64,000 bases of DNA, taken from the NCBI RefSeq assembly GCF_009914755.1, contig NC_060947.1; one strand, given 5' to 3'. The DNA is from the human T2T-CHM13v2.0 reference genome, Homo sapiens. This document shows, one piece after another, positions 47,695 through 61,851 of the stretch. Numbering within the stretch: the stretch's first letter is position 1; every line of letters starts with the position of its first letter. The notes below the pieces were generated by a model. That model worked only from the letters and a program-made list of their open reading frames with translations, had not been told where the DNA came from and did no database searches. Both the position numbers and the translations under genes were made by a program.

Positions 47695-50600
47695 TATGAT
47701 TTTAAAAAATCTTTGTGGGTATTTAAGGTGTATATATTTATGGGGTACATTAGATATTTTGATACAGGAATGCAATGTAAAATAATCACATCATAGGGAA
47801 TGGGATAGCTGTTCCCTCAAGCATTTATCCTTTGAGTTACCACAATCCAATTACATTCTTTATTTTTAAATATATAATTTAGTTATTATTAACTATAGTT
47901 ACCCTGTTGTGCTATCAAAGACTAGATCTTATTTATTCTTTCTTTCTTTTTTTTTTTCTATCCATTAACCATGCCCACCTCCCTCCCAGCCCCTACTACC
48001 CTTCCCAGCCTCTGGTAACCATAAATCTATTCCCTATGTCCATGAGTTCAATTGTTTTGATTTTTCGATCCCACAAGTAAGTGAGAACATGCAATGTGTG
48101 TCTTTCTGTGCCTAGCTTACTTCACTTAATGTAACGATCTCTAGTTCCATCCATGTTGTTGCAAATTATTGGATCTCATTTTTTTTATAGCTGAATAGTA
48201 CTTTGTTGTCATTATCTCTTGATGGACACTTAGGTTGCTTCCAAATCTTAGCTATTATAAACAGTGCTACAACAAACATAGGAGTGCAGATATCTCTTTG
48301 ATATACTTATTTCCTTTCTTCTGGGTATATACCCAGCAGTGAGATTGTAGGATCATATGGTAGCTCAATTGTTAGTTTTTTGAGGAACCTCCAAACTGTT
48401 CTCTATAGTGGTTGTACTAAGTTACACTCCCACCAAGAGTGTATAAGTGTTCCCTTTTCTCCACATCCTCACCAGCATCCTGTCTTTTGGATATAAGATA
48501 TTTTAACTGGGGTGAGATAATTTCTCATTGTAGTTTTGATTTCTATTTTTATGATGATCAGGATACTAAACACCTTTTTATATGTCTGTTTGCCATTTGT
48601 ATGTCTTTTTTTGAGAAATCTCTATTCAACATTTTGCTCATTTTTGATCAGATCATTAGATTTTTTCTTAAAGAGTTGTTTGAGCTACTTATATATTCTG
48701 GTTATTAATCCCTTGTTAGATGGGTAATTTGCAAATATTTTCTCTCATTCTGTGTGTTGTCTCTTCACTTTGTTCATTGTTTCCTTTGCGGTGCAGACAC
48801 TTTTTAACTTGATTTAATTCCATTTGTACATGATTGCTGTGTTTGCCTGTGCTTGTGGGGTATTGCTCAACAAATCTTTGCCCAGATCAATGTCCTGGAT
48901 ATTTTCCCCATTGATTTCTTGTAATAGTTTCATAGCCTGAGGTCTTAGATTTAAGCCTTTATTCCATTTTGATTTGATTTTTGTATATGGTGAGAGATAT
49001 GAGTGGGGTTTTATTCTTTTGCATATGGCTATCCAGTTTTCCCAGCACCATTTATTGAAGAGATTGTCTTTTCCCCAGTATATGTTCTTGGCACCTTTGT
49101 CAAATATGAGCTCACTATAGGTGTTTGAATTTGTTTTGGGGTTCTCTATTTTGTTCCTTTGGTCTATGTGTCTGTTTTTATGCTAGTCCCGTGCTGTTTT
49201 GGATACTATAGCTCTGTAGTATAATTTGAAGTCAGGTAATGTGATTTCTTCAATTTTGTTCTTTTTTCCCTAAGATAGCTTTGGCTATTCTGCATCTTTT
49301 GTGGTTACATATAAATTATAGGGTTGTTTTTTCTATATCTGTGAAAAATTTCAATGGTGTTTTAATAGGGATTGCATTTAATCTGTAAATTACTTTGGGT
49401 AGTATGAACATTTTAACAATATTGATCTTTCCAACCCATGAAGGTAAAATATTTTTCCTATTCCTATTTTTGGTGTCCTCTTCAATTTCCTTCATCAGTA
49501 CTTTATAGTTTTCATTATAGAGATCTTTCACCTCTTTGGTTAAGTTAATTCCTAATATTTAATTTCATGTGTGTCTACTGTAAATGGGATTACATTTTTA
49601 TTTCTTTTTTTGGATTGTTAACTGTTGGCATATAGAAATGCTAGTAATTTTTGTATGTTAATTTTGTATGCTGCAACTTTACTGAATGCATTTATGAGTT
49701 CTAGTAGTTTTCTTGTGGAGTCTTTAGGTTTTTCCAAATACAAGATCATATTATCAGCAAATGAGGATAATTTGACTTCTTCCTTTCCAAATCATGTGGT
49801 CTTTATATCTTTTTCTTGTCTGATTGCTCTAGCTAGGACTTCCAGTACTATGGTGAATAACAGTGGTGACAGTGGGCATCTTTGTCATGTTCCAGATCTT
49901 AGAGGAAAGGGTTGCAGACTTCTGTGTGCATCACCACTATGATTGCACTGGGTCATACCTGAAGCCAGCACAGCACTGTGTCTCACTCAAGGCCTGCTAT
50001 AACCACTCCCTGGCTATAGCCTACATTTCCTGAAGGCCCTGGAGCTCCATGATTAGCAGGTGGTAAAGCCAGCCATGCCTGTTTCCTTCCCTTCAGGGTG
50101 GTGAGGCCCCACAAGCCTGGGCAGGATCAGAAGTGCTATCCAGGAATCAGGGACTAGAGCCAAAAATCTTAGAAGTCTACCAGGTATTCTGTTGTATTGT
50201 GACTTAGCTGGCACTCAAACCACAAGACAGAGTTCTTCCCACTCTTGCCTCTCCTTTCCAAAGGCAGGGGAGTCTCACTCATAGCCACTGTAACCTCTGG
50301 CCATGAGGAGGACTGCCAGATTATTGCCAATATTTCTTTAAGGCCCAATGGCTCTTAAGTCAGCTTGTGGTGAATGCTGCCTGTAGTGGGACTCACCCTT
50401 CAGGGAAATGGGCTCCCCTCTGGCCCACAGCTGGTCCAGAAATGTCATCCAAGAGTCATGTCCTAGAATGAGGGACCTCAAAAACTTGCTTGGCACCATA
50501 ACCAACACCTATTGGTATTGGTTCCTAAAATGCAAGACAACACCCTTTTTTACTTTTCCCTCTGCTTTTCTAAGCGGAAGAGGTTTTGATTTGTAGTCAC

Positions 50601-51605
50601 CACAGCTGGTAAAGTGCTGAGTCTAATCTGAAGGCAGCATGTCTCAGTGGCTCACCAAGGCCCTTGATGTAATACTTGAGTATTACTGCTGGTTATTTAA
50701 GGCCCAAGGGCTCTTCAGTTAATGGGTATTGAAGGCTGGCAGGATTGATTTGTTTTCTTTAAGGAATCAGCTTATCTTCTGGCCCAGGGTGTGTCTAGAA
50801 ATGTCCTCTGGGAGTTAGTGCTGGGAACGTGGGCCTGGTAACTCTGACCAGTGCTCTTTATTTCTGTGGCTGAGCTGGTATCCAAGATGCAAGACAAAGT
50901 CCTCCCCACTCTTCCCTCTCCTCTCCTCAAGCAGAAGGAAGTAATCTCTTTTGGAGCCACGAGCTGTACAGCCTGAAAGTAGGGAAGTGGTGATGCCAGC
51001 CCTCTCTTGGCTGCCTCATCTGGTGCCTCAGTATGTCACATGTTCCCCCAGTCCACTGTCTAGGCTTAGTTCAACATTAGGAGTTGCCTAAGAGTTGCAG
51101 TCCTTATGGCCTACACTGTCCTTCAAGTTTACTTAGAGGCCAAGAGCACTTTGACTCTCGGTGGAGAGGTTTGCAGGCATTCAGATTCTGACCGCTGGTA
51201 TCAGCAATTCCCCTCTGGCTATGACTGGTTTAAATGCTCCCTTTCTGGGAGGGCATCAGCTGAATTTGGTCTGGTTTTCCTTTCTGCTCTAATGGAACAG
51301 TACTGAGTTCAGTGCCTCACAATTACTGTGCTCTCCCTCCACCATCACCCAGAGATATTCTCTGCTTCATGCTACTGCTGCCAGGAGGTGGGGGAGGGAT
51401 GGCGTTGGTGATTCAGTACTGGCTTTTCTACTTCTTTAGTGCCTCTGTCAGCGATACGAAGTTAAACCAGGTACTGTGAGTGCTCATCTGATTTTTAGTT
51501 ATTATGAAGGCGTTTTTTTCTGTGTAGAGAGTGGTTTACTTGGTGTACTTGTGGGCATGGGGAACAAACGGTTGAGCTTTCTATTCACCCATGTTGCTCC
51601 ACTTC
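47695..51605 (-). mobile_element. L1MA1/2-like element with a large internal deletion (5'UTR fused to mid-ORF2 at about 49910)
   Basis: L1MA 3' end at 47700, ORF2 to ...cagatcttagaggaaagg, then directly 5'UTR text homologous to 4787-6480. Confidence 0.85.
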
Positions 51606-51619
51606 TCCTGATTGTATTT

Positions 51620-52730
51620 TTCCTACATATTCTTAACATTTCTTTTTAGTCCAATTTATCAAACATTACCAGTTATTTCTGATTTTAATATTTTTCATAT
51701 TTACAAATGACTCAAATCATATCAGTAAGAAAGATCACCTAATTTTTTTCTAGTGTGTTTATGTTTTATTTTGTACTGAAATCTTTGAATGATCTGGAGG
51801 TTGTTTTCATAGTAAGGATAGAAGCATTTCCTGTTTGTTGCTACATGACTGCTTTTCCCCCTCAATACCATTTATTGCATACATTTATTTTTCTTTGTTG
51901 ATTTGAAATTCTACAATTAGCATACATAAACGTTTGGTGTATCCTTAATTTTATTTCAAAAGCCTATACTGTTCTATTGATGTGTCTGTTCTCGTACCAG
52001 TAACAGTTTGTTTCAAGTAATGTCACTAAATAATACATTTTGATATCTGTCAGGACCAGTAGTTTTCTACTTTTCTCATTTGTTATCTGTTTTTTTAAGA
52101 ATAGGTAGGGATGTTCTTTCACTTACAGTAATAAAAAGTCACATTTTCCTAGTAGACATTATAAATTATAAAATATTATAGAAGGGTAAATATGAACTTT
52201 AAACCCACTTTGTTAAATTTCAAGTTGTAATCCATAGAAATTTCAATAGAGAAATACAGGAAAATGGAATTTACTATATGAACACCTCCATCCAAAAGTA
52301 AATATTGCCTTTGATTTTTTCAAGCTTTTAACTTCAAAAAATATGGTTTTATTACTTTTAAATAGAAACTATGTTTTTATGGGTTTTTGTGTTTTATCTC
52401 ATTAGCTTTTTGCTGCTCCTGTGGGTTATTATCATTTGTTGCCATGATATTTTTCATTTAGTTACTGTCAACTTATAGGAAAGCTGTTAATTTTGTAATT
52501 ATTTTTCTTACAGCTAACCATATAGAATTTTATTTTCTCTAATAGATTTACATTTCAATATATTGGGTTTTTCAGGTAAATAATACTATATTGTGCAATT
52601 ATTACAACCTTGCTACTTTATTTTAAAAATGTAACTTCTATTTTGTTCTATCTTTAGAAGTACTAAAAATGCAAATGCTAGTAATTAAGAGAAGGGAATG
52701 TTATCTTGCTTATGATTTTAATGGGTAGTG
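51620..52730 (-). mobile_element. Highly degraded L1ME-type fragment
   Basis: caataccatttattgcat, ctgttctattgatgtgtctgttctcgtaccag and similar antisense ORF2 remnants. Confidence 0.5.
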
Positions 52731-53049
52731 AGGTGAGGAAAGGGACAATTGGTGTACTGCACTCAATCTACCATCTTACTAGTGCATTGATCCAACTATT
52801 GTCAACTATTAATTCAGCTTTTCTTCCAAATGTTTTATATTAAAAGTAAATTTCTGGAGCCGATTCTTTGATATGCTTTCAGATGATCAAGGTCACATCA
52901 TACATTTGAGGGCACACATTTCTGGTCTGCTAGGATATATTATCAAAAGGAAGAAATGGATATTTGGGATAAAAGTCTAAAAGTTTAACATATAAGACAT
53001 ATAACATGTAAGACATCCAAAAGTCTTCTATGTTGGATATGAAACTATT

Positions 53050-53650
53050 AAAAATAAACAAAACTGACAATAGCGAGTAATGGCAAGTATCTAACGGTAC
53101 TGAAACCCTCCTACATTTCTGGTAGGAATACAAAATGGTAGGGCAGCCACTCTAGAAATGAGTTTGGCACTTTGTTATAAAATTAAACATACCCTTTCAA
53201 TATGACACGGCAATCTGACTCCTGGGTATTTTCCCTAGAGAAATGAAAATTTATATTCACACAAATAACTGTACATAAGTGTTTATAGCAGCTTTACTCA
53301 AAATAGTGGCAAACTGGAAACAACTCAAATGTGTCTCAAGTGGGAGATAGTAAAACTGGCACAACCATACAATGGAATACTACTCAGTAATAAAAGTAAT
53401 TGAACTCCTGATACCCATAACAACATGCATAGATCTCAAATACGTATGCTAAGGGCAATAAGCCACATTCAAAAGTTTACATATGATTACATAAGATTCC
53501 ATTTATGTGTCACTCTGGAAAAAACAAAACTACAGGGATCAAGAACAGTGTGTTGCCAGGAGTTGGGGTAGGGGTAAATCTTTACTATAAAAGTACAGCA
53601 CAAAAGTGAATTTTTCTATATGCAAATTTAACAATAAATTTTAAAAATCC
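53050..53650 (+). mobile_element. L1MB/ME-type 3' fragment
   Basis: gcaatctgactcctgggtattttccctagagaaatgaaaa...aatggaatactactcag. Confidence 0.75.
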
Positions 53651-54156
53651 TGTAAGCTAATACTTGCTTCTCTATTTGGTAATTTACCTGCTAGGAGCAG
53701 AGGCCAACTTAAACACATCTGTGAGAAAAGTCTGAATTGGAAATTTTCTGCTTAATGCATAAGGCATATGAAACTTTAACATTTTCGTTTCATCCAGACA
53801 TTTTTCATAAAAATTATTAAGGTTTTAAAATGATATAAAAGATTTAATGAGAGATAAAACAAAGTGTAACTGGCCTGTAAGTGTGAGAAATTGAGAACAT
53901 GTCCTATATTGGGCTGAAATTTAGGTATCAGCTTACATTAGATATAAGGTTTATTTTTCATTAATTGGATTTAAAGTTCTGCAAATTCCTATGTTACAAT
54001 TTACACCGCTATTCAAATAATAATAGTAATACCTATAGAATAATCATCGACTTCTTTTGAATCGTTCCTTTGTGTCATTTTTAGCATGATAACATTTTAA
54101 ACTATTGACATTAGAGCACAGTTTAGTTTCTTCCCTCTTAATCTTCTCATTCAAAG

Positions 54157-54265
54157 GAAATTAAAAGATGTTTGCCATACACTTCTTATAAGTTTTGGAG
54201 ACAGCCCAGTCGAATGTCTTGGACCACTCTACATTATCTCATTTGGGATGCTCTCATTTTCCTTG
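54157..54265 (+). pseudogene. Candidate pseudo-exon, frame and donor ambiguous
   Basis: Strong pyrimidine tract ttcttccctcttaatcttctcattcaaag|; two frames open (EIKRCLPYTSYKFWRQPSRMSWTTLHYLIWDALIFL or KLKDVCHTLLISFGDSPVECLGPL...); weak donor TTG|gtatat. Confidence 0.3.
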
Positions 54266-55279
54266 GTATATTCTGTAACCAGAAAAATATGTCGTGTTTC
54301 CATCCAGATAATCAATCCCCTTCTAGCAGGCAACCTGAAATTCCAACATTGTACAGTCTCCTGAAGCAATAATGCATACATCTTGCTCAGTCTTTCCAGA
54401 AAACAGATATTCTACCTGGAATTGTCAGGAAATAAATGTGTTACAATAGCTGTAACAAAAAAGTAATCATTTCAACCTCCTTCCTTTAGAAAGAACTATT
54501 CTTTTAACAACCGAAATCAGAAATTTATAAAGGAATAATCTTTATTGGTTGCTGTCAAGAGTCATAGTAGAGCATATAAGTATAGTAGCATTCTCTTTTG
54601 GAAAACAGAGAAATTCTTCCTGAAAGCAGGTTACATGTTTTTACACTTCTATACAAAGTATAAATTCAGGAGGAAAAATAAGTAAATATGCTACCACTCG
54701 GCTGATATGGTAGAGATAGTCTCATCAAGTTATTAGAATTTAGATTTTCTCTTAGGAAATTTTATGTTTGTTATGCATATGATTTTTAGACTTATCTTTA
54801 TGTTATAGCTCATATGCAGATAAATGTATGACTAGTGGGGATCTTACATTTTTCTCTTTGAATTGTGGTGATAGAGCATATTTTGGAATAAACAAAACCA
54901 GATGTAGTAGTAAAGTTTATAGTCAAAAAGGGCATTCATTGCTGAAACTCTAGAAAGGTGCTGTGGAAGCAGGGGATCAAAATAATATAGAGATATAAAA
55001 TGGAGAAGACTAAGGGCAGGGAGTTAGGATACAAAACAGAAGACATCTCCTCTTCACAGCCAAGTATCTTTAAAATTTTTCTTACTGTCTCTTCCACACT
55101 TATTCTTTCTTCATTGGATTGCAATATGACTTCCACCCTTACCCATCTAATAAAATTGTTCTTGCTAAGATCACCATTAATCTCTAATAGACACATCAGA
55201 GTCCTTATTTTACTTTATAGCTCTGTGGCATTTAACATAGTTGATACTGTCTTTGCGCTTGCAACTTCTAATTTTTGCA

Positions 55280-56080
55280 CTAATTCAACAACTATTTAAA
55301 AAGCACATACTATGTGATATACCCAGTTCAGAGTCTAGGGGTATGGTATAGTAGGGCCCCAAACAAGCAATAATATCTGCCTTTACAAAGCTTTATGTTC
55401 TAGGGAAAATACAAATACAAACAAGACATACAAGTAAAACATTAGTATTTTAAATAGTTTAAGTACTAAGAAGAAAAAAAAATGAAGCAAGGAAGAGAAA
55501 ATAATTGATAAGGATTGTAATTTGAAATAGGATGTTCAAGGAAGCCCTCACTTAGCTTTGAGCAAAAAACTCAAAGAAGGAAATAGTTTGGGTTTGAGCA
55601 ATGTGACTATCTGGGACAAGAGCATTCCAAGCTGAGGGAAAGGCTCGGCTAAAGACTCGAGGAAGGAAAGGTGCCTGTTGTGTTCAAGGAACAGTAAGGA
55701 GGCCAGCATGATTGAAACAGAGAGGAAAGATGAGTAGTAGGAAATGAAGTAGGATATATAACAATGCTAGGGGAAAGGCGAATAGATAATGGGTGAAATG
55801 AGAAGCCATTTTAAGATTTTGAGCAGAAAGGACAAGCTTTGACTTACTTTTTACTCTTAGCAGGAGGGACAAGCTTTGACTCATGTACTTTGACTACTAT
55901 GTTGATAATTAACTGAGGGAAGATAAAGGTATAAGCAGAATGACCAGTCAGGATGATATTGCATTAATCCAGACAAGACATGATGGTAGATCAAAGAAGG
56001 GTAGAAGTTGTGTAAGTAATTAGAAGTTATTAGGTTCTGCTTATATGATATTTTGAGGTCATAGCCACAAAGTTTCACCC
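55280..56080 (-). mobile_element. L2a fragment
   Basis: agcacatactatgtg...gaacagtaaggaggccagcatgattgaaacagag. Confidence 0.7.
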
Positions 56081-56222
56081 CTGAAACTAGAAATAATATA
56101 ACATAAAATACTGATATACAGTTTTTACAAAATATGAAGAAATGGGCAGTATCAAGTAAACTGCTGGGAGTGTGAATTGCTATAATCTTTTGGTAAAGTG
56201 ATTTTTAGCACATTAATATTAA

Positions 56223-56705
<483 letters not shown>

Positions 56706-57224
56706 TAAGATACACATTTTTGATTCAGCATTTCCACTGTTAGCAATCTATCTTTCCTAAATGAAGTGTAGGTAAGATGTATACCACAACACTATTTTGA
56801 AATGAAAACAAGTGAATATTTTCCTTTTGTAAGGGAATGGGCAACAAATTATGGTATAGTTATGCATAATTTTAAAGAGAAATCATTATAACTATGTCTA
56901 ATAACCCAGGAAGGTTTGTTCCCAAAACAATAGTTATGTGGAAAAAATTGTTGAAGAGCAATGAATACAAGATTTTGTATCCACATGAAGTGTGGAGAAC
57001 CTAAAAATTGGCATTTTGGCATTTTGATGTATGTATATAATATGATAGAGACAGGCATCGAAGTGGTGATGATCACCATTGGAGTAGGGGTTGTTTGCTT
57101 GCTTAAACGAATCAACTAAAATGTTAACTTGTATGATGATAAAGATATGGGAGTGGGGAGAATACACATCACACTCATTGCTAAACAGGGTGATTGCTTC
57201 TTCTACTTTGTGACATTCAAGAAC

Positions 57225-57500
57225 CAGTACAGTGTAGCTATTAAGAACACATGGTCTGTACTATGTATATGTATATGTACTATGTATGTATATGGTTTGA
57301 ATCCTGGCTCCACTATTTACAGGGGTGTGATCTCAGTCAACTTTAGTACATCACTGAGAACTGCAGTTCCCTCGTCAGCAAAGCCAGGATAATTATACCT
57401 GCTGAATAAGGTGGTTGGAAAGGTTATATGAATTATAATAAGTTTAATGCTTAGAATATTCTCTGGTACAAAGTAACCATTCATATTAATGGCTACTGCA
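57225..57500 (+). mobile_element. MIR
   Basis: ggtttgaatcctggctccactatttac...cagttccctcgtcagcaaa. Confidence 0.7.
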
Positions 57501-57585
57501 GAATAACAGGATTTATATGGATATCTCACTTACTGGAACATGATATTTTAAAAGAAGCATATATGTAGAGATCCAGTTTATGTGT

Positions 57586-58006
57586 TGTGAATGGAAAATA
57601 TCTGGGGCCCCTTCAACCTGGGAGCCCCTCAGGCAAATCTGCCTCTCATTCAAAGTCATCCCTCTGCTCACAGAGATGGATGCATATTCTGATTGCCTGC
57701 TTTGGAAAGACTTATCAGAAACTCAAAAGAATGCAACCATCTGTCTCTCATCTACCTGTGACCTGGAAGCCCCCAGTGGGGGAGGGGGAGCTTACTTTGA
57801 GTTGTCTCCACCTTTCTGGACGGAACTAATATACTTCTTACATATATTGATTGATGTCTCATGTCTCCCTAAAATGCATAAAACCAAGCTGTGCCCTGAC
57901 CACCTTGTGCACATGTCATCAGGACTTACTGAGGCTGCATCCTCAACCTTGGCAAAATAAACTTCCTAAATTAACTGAGACCTGTCTCAGATTTTCGGGG
58001 TTCACA
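57586..58006 (+). mobile_element. MER4A/MER4A1 ERV1 solo LTR
   Basis: tgtgaatggaaaatatctggggcccc...cagattttcggggttcaca; TSD gtgt/gtat. Confidence 0.92.
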
Positions 58007-58250
58007 GTATGTCATATTAATCAATAATTTACCATAAGAATAGGATCGTGGCAGCTTATTTTATTATTTTTTATAATTTAGAAAATTAATATTTATTATT
58101 CAGAGAAAAAGCAAAAACGTATTACAAATAATATATGCCTGCTATCGGGGTAAATAAAGACAAATGACCTCCAACTTACCATACAAACATATCTAAGGCC
58201 AAGTCCAAGATCTTAGCCAAATTCATTTCCACATTTCTTCAGCTATAACT

Positions 58251-58376
58251 AGAATGACTATGTAATTGATTATCCAAGCAAGGGCACTTTTTAGAGAGAA
58301 ATAGTGCTTTGCAATTACACCTAGACAACAGATATTAATAGGGGCTTTAAATAAATTGGAACACATGGTCAGCCTG
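58251..58376. mobile_element. MER81-like hAT MITE
   Basis: tgactatgtaattgattatccaagcaagggcacttttt...acacatggtcagcctg. Confidence 0.55.
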
Positions 58377-58479
58377 GCCCCAATATAATCTGCTTTGACA
58401 TACCTGCATTCACTTACTATAGCCCACTATATCTATGCTTGCCTCAGATTCACAATGGCCACTAAGGACACCCTGATTG

Positions 58480-59150
58480 AGACCACCATCACTCCTCATT
58501 TGGATTATTCCAATAGCTTTCTAAAAGACCTCCCTTCTTCTATCCTTGCTTCCATTCACTCATCACAGTAGCCAGAGTCATATCATTTTTCTGCTGAGCT
58601 TTCTCCAGTGACTTTCTATATCACTCAAAGTAAAACACAGAGACCTTGCAAAGGTTCTTACATGGCCTGCCTCTGATTGTTCCCTACCTCCAACTTGGGT
58701 CCCATTGCCTCACAACCTTATTTCCTACTATTTCTTCATCATTCATTTGGCTACAAAATACAGGTCCCTTTTCTATTCTTCAAACATGACAGACGTGCTC
58801 CTACCTCAGGTACTTTGCACTTTCTGTTTCCTCTGCTTGAAGTGCTCTTTCTGCTAATATCTATGGAGCTTGCCCCCTCATATATTTCAGTATTTTTCTC
58901 AAATGTCTTCTTCCTCCTTATGAAGCCTACATGACCACTTTATTTTAAATTGCAAATCAATTGCTCCTCTGATACTCCTCATCCCCTTTTTCTGTTTAAT
59001 TTTATTTCTTTATGTTCTCTTGCAATTCACTAGAATGTAAGCCCCTATTAAGTTAATAATTTTTGTGTTTTGTATTCACTGTTATATGCCTAGTATCTAG
59101 AGAAGTGCCTTCCATGTAGTGAGTGCTTAGTACATATTTGTTGATTGACA
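58480..59150 (+). mobile_element. L2a fragment
   Basis: ccaccatcactcctcatttggattattccaatagc...gtgcttagtacatatttgttgattga. Confidence 0.75.
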
Positions 59151-59200
59151 AACTTCACCTGCTTCCTCAATTTTGTAAAGCACACACTTGTGCTTTACAG

Positions 59201-59352
59201 AAACTAAACTGTGTTCTTTTGGGGCCATGCCTAATGACATAATTTCTATGTACATATTGCCTGTCCATTTTGAAAAAGCTCATGAGCCTAGTAAGATCCG
59301 AGAGCTATGTGGTATACCTATTTGCCTATTTGAAAAAGAAAAAGAAACAATG
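59201..59352 (+). pseudogene. Open exon-like segment
   Basis: gtgctttacag| xTKLCSFGAMPNDIISMYILPVHFEKAHEPSKIRELCGIPICLFEKEKETM ATG|gtaagt; 152 nt, 50 open codons, phase 1 to 0. Confidence 0.7.
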
Positions 59353-59450
59353 GTAAGTATTTAGAAGCTTCATCTCTCACATGCTTTTAAATAGGTGAGG
59401 TAAAAAATGGGAGTCTGTTATCTGCACTGGTGCAGATCTTTATTTTATAG

Positions 59451-59567
59451 CCACTAATTCCTCAGAGGAGTAATGAAGGATGACAGCACGAGAAGAGGGA
59501 TCTCCAGACTCATTTTTGTGTGAGGCTTTGCCAAGAACAACATTTATCAGGGCAGTGCATACACCAC
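59451..59567 (+). pseudogene. Pseudo-exon with one stop
   Basis: ctttattttatag| PLIPQRSNEG*QHEKRDLQTHFCVRLCQEQHLSGQCIHH CAC|gtaagg; 117 nt, phase 0 to 0; separated from the previous exon by a 98-nt intron. Confidence 0.55.
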
Positions 59568-59992
59568 GTAAGGGTGGGGTGGGAGGGCTGGGCAATGTGT
59601 GATTTGTTGCCACCACCAAATTAACTCTGCTCAATTGTGTTGTCTTTCCAATTTTACATCCTTGATTACACATTCATAAAACTGTCTCTTCTTTTAAGCA
59701 TAAATACAACTGTTTTGAAAATATAATATAATTGTGCATGTTTATCAAGCACCTAATTTGTTTTACTTGCCAGTTACTAATTACATATGAAATATAAAGG
59801 AATTGCATGCCGTATATTCTTTGTAACTACTGCAGGAAACATTTTTGGTAGATTCCAATCAACATTGAAGTTTCAGGAAGTAATAGCCTGGTGTTGAACA
59901 ATCCTGATAAACTCTTATCAGCTTGAACATCCAGGAATATGCAATTAATAGTTTTAATTGCTCTTTATATTCATCTGCAAAATATGGCACAG

Positions 59993-60043
59993 CAAGAACA
60001 TATCCCATGTCTATTGTCGTCTGAGTTTTCATGCTAGAAACAA
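59993..60043 (+). pseudogene. Frameshifted pseudo-exon
   Basis: cacag| QEHIPC, then restoring 1 nt gives (P)IVV*VFMLE; donor CAA|gtattt. Confidence 0.4.
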
Positions 60044-60129
60044 GTATTTTAGCCTAACTAGCTCTAGGTTCGTTAACTTTATCTATTGAGAGACTAAACT
60101 TCTTATGTCAGTATTCAAGTTCATCATTT

Positions 60130-60619
60130 GATACCTAGATTTACGTTTCCCAGGGTTATCCTCACAGTTTACCACAAACTCTGTGGCTTAAAAGAACAGA
60201 AATTCATCCTCTCACCATTCTGGGGGCCAAAGTCCAAAATCAAGGTGTCAGTGGGGCCACATTTCCTCAAGAGGCTCTGGAAGAAAATCTTTCCTTGCCT
60301 CTTGCAAAATCTGGTGACTGCCCAACATTCTTTGAAACTATTTGGGTTGTTCTCACTTCACCCCAATCTCTGCCTCTTTCTTCACATCACCTTTTCCTCT
60401 GTGGGTGAGTCCAGACTCTCAAAACTTCCTCTACTGATTTCTTGTAAGGATACATGCCATTGCATACACATATGCCAGATAATCCAGGATAAATTCCTCT
60501 CATGTCATTTGCCATATAAGGTCATATTTACCATTTTGGCATATAAAGTAATACTTACAAGATTCTAGGAATTAGGAAATGAATATATCTTTGAGCAATA
60601 TTTTGTTCAGCCTACCACA
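60130..60619 (-). mobile_element. MLT1 (MLT1B/C-like) MaLR LTR
   Basis: taccacaaactctgtggcttaaaagaacagaaattcatcctctcac...ttcagcctaccaca. Confidence 0.85.
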
Positions 60620-60977
60620 CTAAAGTAGGGCCTGACACATAATAGAAATGTGATAAATCTACTGACTTACAGGACTTGAGCAAGTTCTCTCTCACTCTCC
60701 TTCCCCCCTCCCATCTTTACTAAAAGAGGGTTGAATGGGATAATTTATCCGACTTGAAATAACGAAAGAACAATGATAAAGAAAGAAAAACACATGACAT
60801 ACCGATTAGGCCGTGTACAGGCTTGAGTTTGTTGTGTTTCATTCCACATCTCAGTCACTCATTACAAGAGACACGTACATATCTTTGCATTTCTGAGTTG
60901 GCTTACTGTAGCTTACTGTCAGTGCTTTAAAGGCAGTAGAATACAATTTGATAGACTTAATTTGCTAATTATTTAAG

Positions 60978-61136
60978 AAACGCAAATGTTGTCATTGCAA
61001 GTACATATGTGAAGTGGAGGAAATATCTGTAACAGAATACTTGCAATATATATGTTACTAGTACAGAGCCCAACACTTCTAACCATGAAGAACAAGATTT
61101 TAATAGTTTTCTTCAAATATTATGAAAAAAAACACT
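60978..61136 (+). pseudogene. Frameshifted pseudo-exon
   Basis: atttaag| KRKCCHCKYICEVEEISVTEYLQY, 2-nt slip in the ATATATAT run (61046-61053), then MLLVQSPTLLTMKNKILIVFFKYYEKKH; donor ACT|gtaagg. Confidence 0.55.
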
Positions 61137-61494
61137 GTAAGGAATGTAGACTATCACACCACAGAAAACACTTTTGGTAGCTAAAATCCTAATCAAGTGT
61201 AAATAGTTTGCAATAATTATTATTTCAGCACTTATACTTGTAATAATTAAAAGGAAACATATCACTTTAAAATGCATTTGATGAAATCTAAATGCCATCA
61301 AAATTTGATACCTGTTGTCATCTATTTTTAAAAATATGAGAATTCTTCTTTCAGAATTTCTTTATAGGAAATTCCTCCTTGAACTCATGTTTTCATTCAA
61401 CTACTCTGAAGATTTTTGTCCTAATTTAATACGTTTGCATTAAAATCTTTTATTGGTGACCTCCTCACTGCTCTCTGAAAAAAATAAGTATTTA

Positions 61495-61851
<357 letters not shown>

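Noticed and set aside
49890-49960. Spliced L1 (SpIRE) explanation for the UTR-ORF2 fusion
   Set aside because: An AG precedes the ORF2 breakpoint in consensus, but no GT donor is evident at the UTR breakpoint; microhomology explains it more simply.
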